Source: a virus
Lineage: Duplodnaviria > Caudoviricetes
Length of the DNA: 30,955 bases
Reading direction: 5' to 3' (one strand)
Virus record (IMG/VR): IMGVR_UViG_3300035145_001815
Location: 1 to 30,955 of that record
The notes under the pieces are model-generated. The model did not search any database. It was not told the origin of the DNA and saw nothing but the letters and a program-made list of their open reading frames with translations. Below, one piece after another: positions 18,001 to 26,893 of this stretch; within the stretch, counting starts at the first letter, position 1, and each line of letters begins with the position of its first letter. A program made the translations under genes and the position numbers.

Positions 18001-21000
18001 AAATTGAAAAAACTGACTTAGGTTTTTCAGCAACTTTTGATAGAGCTGTTCCTTTTGTTACAGGAGAAATAATTGGCATTAATAATATAAATGAAGATGT
18101 TAACGGTTTCTGGACTGCAAGGAATGTGTCTCTGAATGTTGTAGAATTTTATACAAACAAAGACATAGGTGATGAAGCAATAGATTTGAGTGATAGCACA
18201 CAAGGTGTAGTATCTCAATTGAATAGCAGAAGGCTTTCAAATATAACTGATGTCAACGGTTTATTAGTTGATTATGATATTGATTCGGATGAGAAATTAT
18301 GGCTAGACAATAATGGCGCAAGTAACAGCGAAGTTATTGAAAACAATCCAGTGTTTACTTTACAAGCAGAATTGCCAAACGAAGAAGGCCTAACAGATGT
18401 TGGGTATGGAACTGCTTTTGATGCAAGCGGCAGTAACCAAGTTTTGGCAGTCGGTATGCCAGATTTAGGATTGAACGGTAAAGTAGCAGTATATTCAAGA
18501 TTAAGCGAATCTTTAGAATATGCACTATTACAAACATTAGAACCTGTTGCAGTTAATACATTAGCAATACAAGGTATTATCAACAGCAATCCTGGAGAAA
18601 TTACAACAGTTGGTGTGCATAGTTTACGTGAAGGTGAAAAAATTAGCATAAGTGGTGCTACTGGATTAACAGCATTAAATGGCAATAACTATTATGTTTC
18701 TATTTTAACAACAACTTCGTTTAGAATTTACACTGATAAAGAACTTACATCACCCGTAGATACAACTGCAATGGGCACACATGACACTGGAACAGGTGCT
18801 ATTGTAAGCGGTTACCTATATGATACTGGTGCCGGATTTGGCACATCAGTTGAGGTGACAGAAAATGGACAATATATACTTGTTGGTGCTCCTTTTGCAA
18901 GTGATGTTAGAAGCAAATACAAAGGTGAATTTGATGCATTATCAACTTATCTGCAAAACGATATTGTAAGTGATAGAGGAACATTATGGAGAGCTGTTAG
19001 AGATACTCCAGCTGGCTTAGCAGATAGCACAATAAGCACATTGTCTCAAGACTGGGAATTGGCAAATGTATTAGAAGCAGATAATACAGGTTATCTAAGT
19101 AACTATTCTAATCAAGGTGTAATACATGTTTACAAAAAAGATATTACGACATATAAATTAGAAACAACAATACTTTCACCTGTTGCTAGAAACAATGAAC
19201 AATTTGGTATTGCAATTAAATCTGCGTTTACTAATGATTTAGTGCATAAATTTTATGTTCGTAGTCTAGCCGACAGCGGACGCATTTATTTTATTGAAAA
19301 TAGTTTAGCAACTGTTAATACTTTTTCGTATAGTAGAGATCCAAATTACAAAGGAACATTTGATCCGTTAAAAACTTACTATGAAAATGAAATTGTTTTT
19401 GCTGGTTTTATTTTATATAGAGCAACAGAAAATATTTTTGCAAGTAGTGGTGTAATACCTGGTGCAGACTCCGAATGGGAAGCTATAGATCAGTATGTTG
19501 ATTATGTTGGATTCGTTCCAAATCTTGGCGATGTAACAGAATCAGAAAGTGATAGTGTAGGATTAGGCGGCGCATCTCAAATTGGTAAAAGTTTTGATGT
19601 AAGCAAAGACGGTAGTGTCTTAGCTCTATCAGGATTCTTAGACTTTACAGAAATAAACAGAGTAAGTGTATATAGATTCAACAACAATGACGGACGTTAC
19701 GTATACGAATCTAATATAGACGGTGATATAAAATTAGAAGAAAACTTTGCTAATGCCCTAGCTGTATCAGACGATGGAAAAGATATAGCTGTAGGAGCAA
19801 CTGGTAGTGATGTAACAGGATTAAACAACGGTAAAGTTTATGTTTACAGATACAATTACAACAGTGATGCACCTGAATTTGAATTATATCAAGAACTTTA
19901 TTCTCCTAAAGGAGACGCTAACGAAGAATTTGGCTATAGCATAGACTTTGACAGGAACAAACTTGCTATCATGAGTATCAATGGTGATAACATTAATGAA
20001 ATCACATTTGATAGTGATGCAACGTATCTTGATAATCGAGCCACACAAATACTTGATAAGGTAAAAGACAACGGTCAAGTTTACATTTTTGAGTCATATA
20101 ACGATGTTTATATCTATGCAGAAAAAATGCGTTATGTAAGAGATACTACTAAAGCAGTAGAACCTACATTAAAGTTGATTGACAATCACATTATTGTTGG
20201 ACAACCATCATCTGTGTTTGAAAACACAAACGGAGTTGCAACTGCAACTGGTTTCGTTGTTGATTTTAGATCTAACAAAAATACAAACAGTTGGCAATCA
20301 AATAGTTTAGTTCAAGATTTTGTCGACTTATCTCAAATCAAGAATGTATTTTTATATGATAAAACAAATGGCGATCTAGTCACATATCTAGATTATATTG
20401 ATCCTGTGCAAGGAAAAATTGCTGGTCCTGCAGAGCAAGAACTTACGTATAAATTATACTACGATCCTGCTGTATACAATATAGGCAGCACTAACACAGG
20501 AAATAAAACACCATGGGACAGCAATTATGTTGGAAAGCTATGGTGGGATTTAAGTTCTGTAAAATGGTTCAACACTAGACAAAGAGGTTTAGAATACAAA
20601 ACCAACAACTGGAATACTCCTCTACCAAGTTTTGAAGTAGATGTTTGGGAATGGGTAGAAAGTGATTTGCTTCCAACAGAATGGGATGCAACTGCTGATA
20701 CAGTTGAAGGTTTAGCCGAAGGTATTAGTGGTGTTACAAAGTATGGCGATGATAGTTATGTAATAGCAAATATTTACGATCCTGTAACAGGAACATTTGC
20801 TAACAAGTATTACTACTGGGTGAAAAACAAAAGAACGTTACCAAATATTGATACTAGAAAAATATCTGCATTTGATGTAACACTTTTGATACAAGATCCA
20901 GCAGGACAAGGTTACAGATTTGTAGCGTTCTATGAAAACAACAAATTTGGTTTGTATAATGTAAGAAATCTTATCAATGATGAAAACATTATTTTGCACA

Positions 21001-24000
21001 TTGAATGGAAAAAGTTTGAAACAGATAATAACATACACAGCGAATATCAGTTACTTACAGAAGGGGTGGCAGATAGCAAACCTAATGTAGACGTTGTGCA
21101 AAAATGGATTGACAGTTTAGTAGGATATGACACAAATAGTAATCAATTACCAGATTTAGATATCAGTGTTCCACGTAGATACGGAATACTAAACACACCA
21201 AATCAAAGTATGTTTGTAAACAAAACAGAAGCTCTAAAACAAATAGTTGATAGAGTAAATGGAATTTTGGCAGATAACTTAATTGTTGATGATTTTGATT
21301 TATCTGGTTTACAAAGAATTGATGCACAACCTAGCATCTATAGCAATGATTATGATGTTAAAATTGCAAGTGAAAATCTTTTGAGATTTGTTAGTGTTGC
21401 AAAAATTGAAACTGCAACCTTAACACCAACAGTAATAGATGGTAGAATTACAAATGTTACAATTACAAATCCAGGCAGAGGTTATGTAGATACAAGTTAT
21501 ACATCCGGTAACACAAGAAAAGGTCCAACAGTTGATATTAGAGGCACAGGAACCGGAGCAAAAATACAACTGTATATTAATAATTTGGGACAAGTTACAA
21601 GTGCAGTAGTTGTTTCGCAAGGTAAAAATTATGGCAGCGACACACTTCTTATTGTTAGACGTTTTACAGTGCTTGTTGAAAATGATAGCACCATAGGTGG
21701 TTTTTGGAGTCTTTATAATTATACTCCTGCACAAAAAGAATGGAGTGTTGAAAGAATACAGTCTTTTGATACAACATTGTATTGGCAGTATATTGATTGG
21801 TATGCTAATGGATATGATGAAACAACTGCAATTAATCATTTAGTGCCAGGCAGCTATGCTTTAGATGCAACAAATGATTTAATTGGTGAAATTGTAAAAA
21901 TTGAAAACATTGGATCAGGCGGCTGGTTGTTATTAGAAAAAATTGATAATCAAGAAGAAGTTGATTACACAGTAAATTATAAAGTTATTGGTAGAGAAAA
22001 CGGAACTATACAATTCTCTAAATTGCTTTATCAAAATGTAACCAGTGGATTTGACAATCAGGTTTTTGATGCTTATTTGTATGACAGAGAACCTGTAAAC
22101 GAAACTAGAAACATTATGAATGCATTGCAAAATGATATTTTTGTAGATCAATTAGAAGTTGAATGGAACAAATTATTTTTTGCAAGTGTAAGATATGCAT
22201 TATCAGAGCAAGTAAATATTGATTGGATATTTAAAACAAGTTTTGTAAGAGCAAAACATAATGTAGGAGAATTACAGCAAAAGATAACATTTAAAAATGA
22301 TAACTTGCCAAATTACCAAGATTATGTGAATGAAGTAAAACCGTTCAAAACAAAAGTTAGAGAATACATTAGTAGCTATCAAAACACTGAACCTACTCAA
22401 ACTAGTGTTACTGATTTTGATCTTCAGCCGAGATATGACGAAGTTGAAGGACGCATTGTTGCAGAAAGAACTAGTGTGTTTAACAGCGAGGTGCAGACAT
22501 ATAGTCCTTTTGTTAACACTTTCCCACAAAAGAACTGGACTGATAATGTAGGTTTTGAAATCAAGGAAATAGTAGTGTATGATGGCGGGTCAGGATGGAC
22601 AGATGGCCCTAATGTTACTATTAGTGGAGGAGGTGGTCCTACACTTACCGGAAAAGCAACACTTGCTGGTGATGTGGTAAATGCTATTGACATTGATACA
22701 ACAGGAGCAAAATATATTACTGCTCCTACAATAACCTTTGATGGATCACAGGACGAAGTTTATACACCGGCAAAAGCAGTGGTTATTATAGGCAACGGCA
22801 AATCTAAAGCAACCCACATGCTTATGAAATTTGATAGAGTAAGTGGTAGTTTGGTATTTACAAGTCTGCACGTGCCAACTGAAACATTCACAGGCACAGG
22901 AGCCAAAGAAACCTTTGAACTTACTTGGCCAATTGATACACGTAAATCAAAAATAGTTGTTACTGTTGACGGTGTTGAAAGTTTAAGCAGCGAATACGTT
23001 CCTGGTAACAAAGAAGATACCAGTGCTGGATATACAAGACAAATTGGAACAATAACATTTACAGAAGCACCTGCAGATGGTTCGACAATAGTTGTTGATT
23101 ATTATAGAAATGCAAGTATGCTAAATGCCGCAGACAGAATAAGTTATTTTTATAAACCAACAGAAGGTATGCCGGGCATTGGAACAAACGAAGACGGTAG
23201 TGTTGATTTAGCTCAAGTAATGGATGGAATTGATTACGGTGGTGTTCAGTATGATACTATAAGTTTTGGAAACACTTTAGGATTTGATACAGATAAATTT
23301 GGAACAAACTCATTTGATACATTTGATAGTGCATTTGATGATGAAATTTTTATATTAGATGGTAGCACAAATGTTTTAGATTTAGCAGCACCTTTAGAAG
23401 CAAATGTTGAATACAATGTTTACTTTAAAAGTGTGGCAGCAGGTGCAAGCGATAGTCCTATAAGACTTGACAGCGATAGCTGGCCTACTGCAAACAGTAA
23501 TCTTCCGTTTGCTGTTATGGCACCTATCTTAGGCGATGGTATAACAACCAGTATAGTGATAAGTGATATATTAGAAAAATACAATGTTGTTGATGATATA
23601 CCGTATGTTGCTAATAGAACAGGCGACACTATTATATTTAGAAAATCAACAAGTGACGGAACAACTACTCCAGACTTCACTAATTTTGATGTAGAATTAC
23701 GTGGAGGAGATTTCACAGGTTCAACTGCAACTGGTATTCAGTCAGGAGACATTACAGTTGATGGTGATGGTTTTGTTACAGAAACAACTTCCAAAGGACC
23801 AGAAGAACAAGTTCCAGGACAATTAGTAGATGCTTTAGATATTCAAGTTTTCAATAGAGTGCAAGATGGACAAGGTATTATTACAGTTCATAATTATATG
23901 ACTGATGATGCTAGACTAGAATTTAAACTAAGCGGAATAGCTGCAAGTCAGACTAATGTAATTGCAAAATTAGGTGATACAATAATTGATCAATCAGAAT

Positions 24001-26264
24001 ACACAATTGATTGGAAAACAAACACATTTATATTTGCTGATAGCACAGCTATTGAGCCAAACAAAAATCTTAATATCATTTTAATAGATAACAACGGTAA
24101 TGATATTATAGATAGTGATAGAATAATTACAACAGATCAAACTGTATCTTTAAACACAAATATCAAGTATGACACAAATTATGGTTTGTTTGTGACTAGG
24201 AATGGAAATGTAGAACCTGCAGAGTTAACAGACGATAACGGAACTGCTATAATTTCAATTTCAACCCAAAGTAAAGTTGGTGATGTTTTTGATTACACAA
24301 TTTACGATAATCCAGTTCCAGATTTTAGTCAGATTGTAATAGATGAATCTTTTGTAGGAGATGATAAAAAGTATTATCACGAATTTAGAACTGCATCTAA
24401 TCCTACAGGATCAGTGGTATTACCATTTACAAAATTGCCTATTGCTAACAATGTCATAGTGCAAGTAAACAATAAAATACTTAATCCTGGATATAGGAAG
24501 AAGATAACATTAACAACTGATAGAAGTTATGAAATTGATAAATGGCAATTTGAAAATCTTACAAATGTATTCCAACGAGATATATTAGTATACTTGAACG
24601 GAACTTACCTAGCACCTGCTAACTGGGATTTTGATGCTATAACAGGACGTTTAGTTTTAACATCAAATCAAATAGGTGAAGTTGGTGATACTTTAGAAGT
24701 TTATATTATTCGTGATGCAGAATACACATTTACAGATACAAGTGTAACATTTACTTCTACAAGTCCAGCATGGACAAATGGTATTCCTGTTGGTGATGAA
24801 ATTATAATTGCATTGACAGATGATAGCACCACAGTAAGAGGTATTGTAAAAGAAAAAACTGTAAACGGCAGCAGCGTTACACTAAAACTATATGGTTACT
24901 TCCGTGACATGGAAGCATTATTTACTATTGACGATACACCGCAAAGTGTAACTGCTATTGCTACATACGGTGATGATAGCACTTATGAAACTGTTACTCT
25001 AACAGGGTTTGATTATACCCAAGGAGACACACTTAACTTTGCTACTACTCCACGCAAAAATCATGCAGTCAAAATATACACATTCTCAAATCATGACATT
25101 AATGGCTTTGAAAGAGAGAGCTTAGATGTAGTATTTTCTACTACACATGCTCCTGTAGGAACCAGTGCATACCTTGATAGAAATTTACTTACCAAAGGAT
25201 TTATCGAATTAGCTAAGCCTGCAATAAGCACAAATTATGTATGGGTAATTAAAAATGGTAAACTTTTAACACCAGAAATTGATTATGTGCTTAATGCAGA
25301 TAAAACTGCTGTGCAACTTGCAAGACGTGTAAACAAAAACAGCACAATTGAAGTGTTACATTTTGCAGGTAGCTTGTCAAGTCCAAAATATGGATATAGA
25401 ATATTCAAAGATATGTTGAATAGATTCCATTTCAAACGTCTAAACAATCAGAACACATATGTTTTACAGCAAGCATTAAATTATTACGACAGTCAAATTT
25501 TGCTAGAAAGTGCTGAAGGTATTACACAACCAGATAGGACTAGAAATCAGCCAGGAATAATTTGGATCAACAAAGAACGTATCGAGTATTACAATGTCGA
25601 AAATGCAACATTATCAGGATTACGCAGAGGAACACTAGGCACTGGTATTGCAACTGTGCATCCAAAAGGCACAGTGGTTGCAGGACAAGGTCCTGAAGAA
25701 ACTATTCCTTATAAAGAAAATCAACAAGTTACTGATTTGACAGATTTTGCTGATGGCAGCACAGGCGAAATACTATTAGATGTTGATTTGCATACTCCTG
25801 CAAATGCTTATGTTGATAAAATTTCTAGCACATTAAGTGCATTTGAAGTAGAAACGTTAGTAGATGAAATAGCAGCAAGTATGGTTGATATCTTTGTAGG
25901 AGGCAGACGCCTGAGAAAACCACAACCTTTAGAGCCAAACAATAAACTTAAAGACAGGAATTACTACAAATTTAATGCAACGATTGATTTAGATTCTCCT
26001 GCAGGTGACGAAATTGTGCCAGCAGAATATACTATGGAAATTGCATTTGTAAATGGTGCACCAAAAACACTATTAACATTAAATATACAGGATGATGCAC
26101 ACCCTGATAACATACCACTAACAGGTGAAAAAATTCTCCTAGTTAAGAAAAACGGCAATCTTTGGAATGATGTAGTCGATGCAGATACTACATTATCACT
26201 AAGTGACAGCCAAAATAAGATCGCAAGATTTATAAGAGACAAAACAATATCGCTACCACGATAA
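12045..26264 (+). CDS. Giant multidomain baseplate wedge/adhesin protein (gp7 position), 4739 aa
   Basis: Uninterrupted 14.2-kb ORF coupled to gp6 by TAATG. N-terminal FLPRFFRTDANKKFL resembles the start of gp7/P2 gpI-type wedge proteins. Contains FG-GAP-like repeats, CBM5/12-like modules and repeated small beta-domains typical of marine myovirus virion proteins. Confidence 0.75.
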   Translation: MSYNDEQNEYPLPANDSNDQRSANFLPRFFRTDANKKFLGSTLDQVTNPGVVEKINAFAGRREAKAAKSTDTYLADVSADREDYQLEPAVVIKDNIGNVEFYKDYNDYIGQLTSFRSTTKNHSFLNSQEFYAWDPHIDWDKFTNFREYYWLPNGPQEVPVRGQSLEVKSTYTITTVTDDDNVAYLFTPNGLTRNPNIKLFRGQTYRFEIDCPGHPISIAVSRAFQPAVDVVDSSLITTLYDDGVEITPTDTDNLKNREYAIDSGFIEKGVLEFTVPMNAPETLYYISQNDINTSGVFNIFDIEANTSINVEEEILGKKTYRTNNGWDFSNGMKVYFTGIVEPESYAQGLYYVEGVGDSIKLIPLTDLAVPAIFTQDTLIPFDTNGFDRVPFGDAKSFAGTKDYICINRGDESKNGWSRYNRWFHKDVIELSASLNKQETGLDEAFRAKRPIIEFEPNIRLFNHGQIAKASVDLVDTFTKDVFSNIEGQAGYSVDGINLVDGMRVLFTADPDSLVNSKIYEVKFLLHTNTTQISLVETTDTNPELGQTVLVKDGVKNAGKMFWYDGNEWKSAQDKTALNQAPVFDLFDSNGYSVGDTDYYPSTSFQGNRIFAYRVGAGNNDPELGFPLSYKNINNVGDIVFDFPLLTQKYDYEANNAIFTVASDELFLQKTKAGVTYYCNGWLKANEYSSQYVVRKYTGDDLQNRFPIDVYKNSANLQDLVCKVFVNNKFLVQGVDWNFVDDNEIRNVNLVNDLQSEDVVIIKTKSVADKTDQGHYEVPYNLERNPLNNNITEFTLGQVNDHVEGMIAEIPSFVGMQPGKSNLRDLGLVSSYGRKFVQHSGPINLPLYHLTDKDANIVKAIRLAKTEYSKFKREFLSAAEASSFVGSTKKHVDLIMQELTKDKTNKMPFYSTDMLGFGGAKLLEYTVVDNKNRYYALSKAFSISTLSKKAVNVYINDEQLIHGVDYTFTQNGFVDITKTHAVEDVIRIYEYENTEGSFVPLTPTKMALYPAFAPAKEVDNSYSTNTNVIRGHDGSFTVAYNDYRDDLLLELEKRIYNNIKVSYDQSVFNIHDYIEGNYRSGNIDKSAMDKIMISDFISWLPLVGNIDYTTNDFVTQGDGFTYNYSRSLSPTGEQLPGYWRAVYKMAYDTDRPHLTPWEMLGFSVKPSWWETLYGPAPYTKDNLIMWKDIEKGYVKEPGKPLEVRKSYVRPNLTSHLPVNEFGQLVDPLASGYAKDFSYATMKNDLFKFGDEAPIETAWRRSSDYAFSLLIAMLINRPAQVFAIGFDRARTSRNLAGNYVYNNKKTIRAKDLVFPKTKTNNVVNQTLGLINYIENYLQTNINANYEKYIDRLTTINSQMGIKLGGFADKDKLKLVLDSRTPLNQGNVFIPQENYQIFLNTSSAKQLISYSGIIIEKLTKGYKVSGYDKEDPFFTYYKPIESSNDVAINVGGISDSYLDWDEGKTVVAGKIVKYNNRFFRALENHVTTTSFDDSLYSQLSNLPITGGANALLRRRFESTISTIDYGNVYASLQEVVDFILGYDKYLKELGFTFDYNNRQTETIEDFRLATREFLFWTTQNWAEASVIVLSPGANKLSFNRDYFVVDNLFDNFYGLDVLQADTSKLRSSYTNIIRDNTNQFGIQPKSTSQGIFFVKLPLVQKEHVILIDNTTVFNDTIYDPEPGYRQERIKIVGYRTDNWNGSLNIPGFTYDEALVTEWQSWKDYYIGELVKYKQFYYSAIATHTGTEEFNFNNWSVLSKRPESSLMPNWDYRANQFTDFYDLDTDNFDAEQQRLAQHLIGYQKRQYLENIINDDVAQYKFYQGMIQDKGTKNVLTKLFDKLGSADKDSLEFYEEWAVRVGQYGATDSFNEVEYKLDEKQFRIEPQTVELVNTVDQSRTDLVYQYPKANVYLKDDDYDHAPFPTNASLDEYTKTGGYVALDQINFIARNLKDVLSFDINSVDINSYIWVPEVQQSWNVYKHIQSPARLDKIEKTDLGFSATFDRAVPFVTGEIIGINNINEDVNGFWTARNVSLNVVEFYTNKDIGDEAIDLSDSTQGVVSQLNSRRLSNITDVNGLLVDYDIDSDEKLWLDNNGASNSEVIENNPVFTLQAELPNEEGLTDVGYGTAFDASGSNQVLAVGMPDLGLNGKVAVYSRLSESLEYALLQTLEPVAVNTLAIQGIINSNPGEITTVGVHSLREGEKISISGATGLTALNGNNYYVSILTTTSFRIYTDKELTSPVDTTAMGTHDTGTGAIVSGYLYDTGAGFGTSVEVTENGQYILVGAPFASDVRSKYKGEFDALSTYLQNDIVSDRGTLWRAVRDTPAGLADSTISTLSQDWELANVLEADNTGYLSNYSNQGVIHVYKKDITTYKLETTILSPVARNNEQFGIAIKSAFTNDLVHKFYVRSLADSGRIYFIENSLATVNTFSYSRDPNYKGTFDPLKTYYENEIVFAGFILYRATENIFASSGVIPGADSEWEAIDQYVDYVGFVPNLGDVTESESDSVGLGGASQIGKSFDVSKDGSVLALSGFLDFTEINRVSVYRFNNNDGRYVYESNIDGDIKLEENFANALAVSDDGKDIAVGATGSDVTGLNNGKVYVYRYNYNSDAPEFELYQELYSPKGDANEEFGYSIDFDRNKLAIMSINGDNINEITFDSDATYLDNRATQILDKVKDNGQVYIFESYNDVYIYAEKMRYVRDTTKAVEPTLKLIDNHIIVGQPSSVFENTNGVATATGFVVDFRSNKNTNSWQSNSLVQDFVDLSQIKNVFLYDKTNGDLVTYLDYIDPVQGKIAGPAEQELTYKLYYDPAVYNIGSTNTGNKTPWDSNYVGKLWWDLSSVKWFNTRQRGLEYKTNNWNTPLPSFEVDVWEWVESDLLPTEWDATADTVEGLAEGISGVTKYGDDSYVIANIYDPVTGTFANKYYYWVKNKRTLPNIDTRKISAFDVTLLIQDPAGQGYRFVAFYENNKFGLYNVRNLINDENIILHIEWKKFETDNNIHSEYQLLTEGVADSKPNVDVVQKWIDSLVGYDTNSNQLPDLDISVPRRYGILNTPNQSMFVNKTEALKQIVDRVNGILADNLIVDDFDLSGLQRIDAQPSIYSNDYDVKIASENLLRFVSVAKIETATLTPTVIDGRITNVTITNPGRGYVDTSYTSGNTRKGPTVDIRGTGTGAKIQLYINNLGQVTSAVVVSQGKNYGSDTLLIVRRFTVLVENDSTIGGFWSLYNYTPAQKEWSVERIQSFDTTLYWQYIDWYANGYDETTAINHLVPGSYALDATNDLIGEIVKIENIGSGGWLLLEKIDNQEEVDYTVNYKVIGRENGTIQFSKLLYQNVTSGFDNQVFDAYLYDREPVNETRNIMNALQNDIFVDQLEVEWNKLFFASVRYALSEQVNIDWIFKTSFVRAKHNVGELQQKITFKNDNLPNYQDYVNEVKPFKTKVREYISSYQNTEPTQTSVTDFDLQPRYDEVEGRIVAERTSVFNSEVQTYSPFVNTFPQKNWTDNVGFEIKEIVVYDGGSGWTDGPNVTISGGGGPTLTGKATLAGDVVNAIDIDTTGAKYITAPTITFDGSQDEVYTPAKAVVIIGNGKSKATHMLMKFDRVSGSLVFTSLHVPTETFTGTGAKETFELTWPIDTRKSKIVVTVDGVESLSSEYVPGNKEDTSAGYTRQIGTITFTEAPADGSTIVVDYYRNASMLNAADRISYFYKPTEGMPGIGTNEDGSVDLAQVMDGIDYGGVQYDTISFGNTLGFDTDKFGTNSFDTFDSAFDDEIFILDGSTNVLDLAAPLEANVEYNVYFKSVAAGASDSPIRLDSDSWPTANSNLPFAVMAPILGDGITTSIVISDILEKYNVVDDIPYVANRTGDTIIFRKSTSDGTTTPDFTNFDVELRGGDFTGSTATGIQSGDITVDGDGFVTETTSKGPEEQVPGQLVDALDIQVFNRVQDGQGIITVHNYMTDDARLEFKLSGIAASQTNVIAKLGDTIIDQSEYTIDWKTNTFIFADSTAIEPNKNLNIILIDNNGNDIIDSDRIITTDQTVSLNTNIKYDTNYGLFVTRNGNVEPAELTDDNGTAIISISTQSKVGDVFDYTIYDNPVPDFSQIVIDESFVGDDKKYYHEFRTASNPTGSVVLPFTKLPIANNVIVQVNNKILNPGYRKKITLTTDRSYEIDKWQFENLTNVFQRDILVYLNGTYLAPANWDFDAITGRLVLTSNQIGEVGDTLEVYIIRDAEYTFTDTSVTFTSTSPAWTNGIPVGDEIIIALTDDSTTVRGIVKEKTVNGSSVTLKLYGYFRDMEALFTIDDTPQSVTAIATYGDDSTYETVTLTGFDYTQGDTLNFATTPRKNHAVKIYTFSNHDINGFERESLDVVFSTTHAPVGTSAYLDRNLLTKGFIELAKPAISTNYVWVIKNGKLLTPEIDYVLNADKTAVQLARRVNKNSTIEVLHFAGSLSSPKYGYRIFKDMLNRFHFKRLNNQNTYVLQQALNYYDSQILLESAEGITQPDRTRNQPGIIWINKERIEYYNVENATLSGLRRGTLGTGIATVHPKGTVVAGQGPEETIPYKENQQVTDLTDFADGSTGEILLDVDLHTPANAYVDKISSTLSAFEVETLVDEIAASMVDIFVGGRRLRKPQPLEPNNKLKDRNYYKFNATIDLDSPAGDEIVPAEYTMEIAFVNGAPKTLLTLNIQDDAHPDNIPLTGEKILLVKKNGNLWNDVVDADTTLSLSDSQNKIARFIRDKTISLPR

Positions 26265-26267
26265 ATA
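26262..26267 (+). promoter_or_regulatory. Putative late promoter core TAAATA overlapping the giant gene's stop codon
   Basis: GATAAATACAG, then SD-like AAGGTG and ATG 26285. Confidence 0.55.
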
Positions 26268-26284
26268 CAGTAAGGTGAGATAAC

Positions 26285-26893
26285 ATGGAACAAAAAACTG
26301 ATTATAGCGGCATACACGTTGAAGGACATATAAAGATACACAATCCAGAATCTGGTGAAGTCTTTATTAACAAACGTAATGCCATACATTATGAAAATAT
26401 GAGTATTGCATTGGCAGAAAGTTTAGGTAATGCAGGCCAAGGTTTTATCTATGAGATGGAATTTGGCAATGGCGGAACAAGCGTTGATCCAACTGGTATT
26501 ATTACATATCTCACACCTAATAGCACAGGAACAAACGCCAGCCTTTACAATGCAACTTATAGCAAAGTGGTAGATGATCAAAGTGTAAACAACACTGATC
26601 CAACACGTAATAAAATTGAAACAAGACATCTAAGCGGAACAAACTATACAGATATTTTAGTGTCATGTTTGTTAGACTACGGCGAACCAGATGGGCAAGC
26701 TGCTTATGATACTGCTGCAAATGCTGAAGATCAATTTGTGTTTGATGAACTGGGTTTAAAAAGTTACTCACCAACTGGCGCAGGTAAATTAATAACACAT
26801 GTTATTTTCCATCCTGTGCAAAAGTCATTGAATAGATTGATACAAATTGATTATACAGTAAGAGTGCAGAGTTTGAGTGGAGGTAATATTTAA
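26285..26893 (+). CDS. Virion structural protein, probable baseplate/fibre-attachment subunit
   Basis: 202 aa. FGNGG...FVFDELGL...LITHVIFHPVQKSLNRLIQIDYTVRV resembles the N-terminal attachment fold of P2 gpH-type fibres. Lies between the wedge and fibre genes. Confidence 0.55.
   Translation: MEQKTDYSGIHVEGHIKIHNPESGEVFINKRNAIHYENMSIALAESLGNAGQGFIYEMEFGNGGTSVDPTGIITYLTPNSTGTNASLYNATYSKVVDDQSVNNTDPTRNKIETRHLSGTNYTDILVSCLLDYGEPDGQAAYDTAANAEDQFVFDELGLKSYSPTGAGKLITHVIFHPVQKSLNRLIQIDYTVRVQSLSGGNI

Noticed and set aside
12045-26264. Intein, intron or DGR variable region in the giant gene
   Set aside because: I saw no intein splice motifs with LAGLIDADG blocks, no frame break, no near-identical TR/VR pair and no reverse transcriptase in the window. 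This was by eye only.
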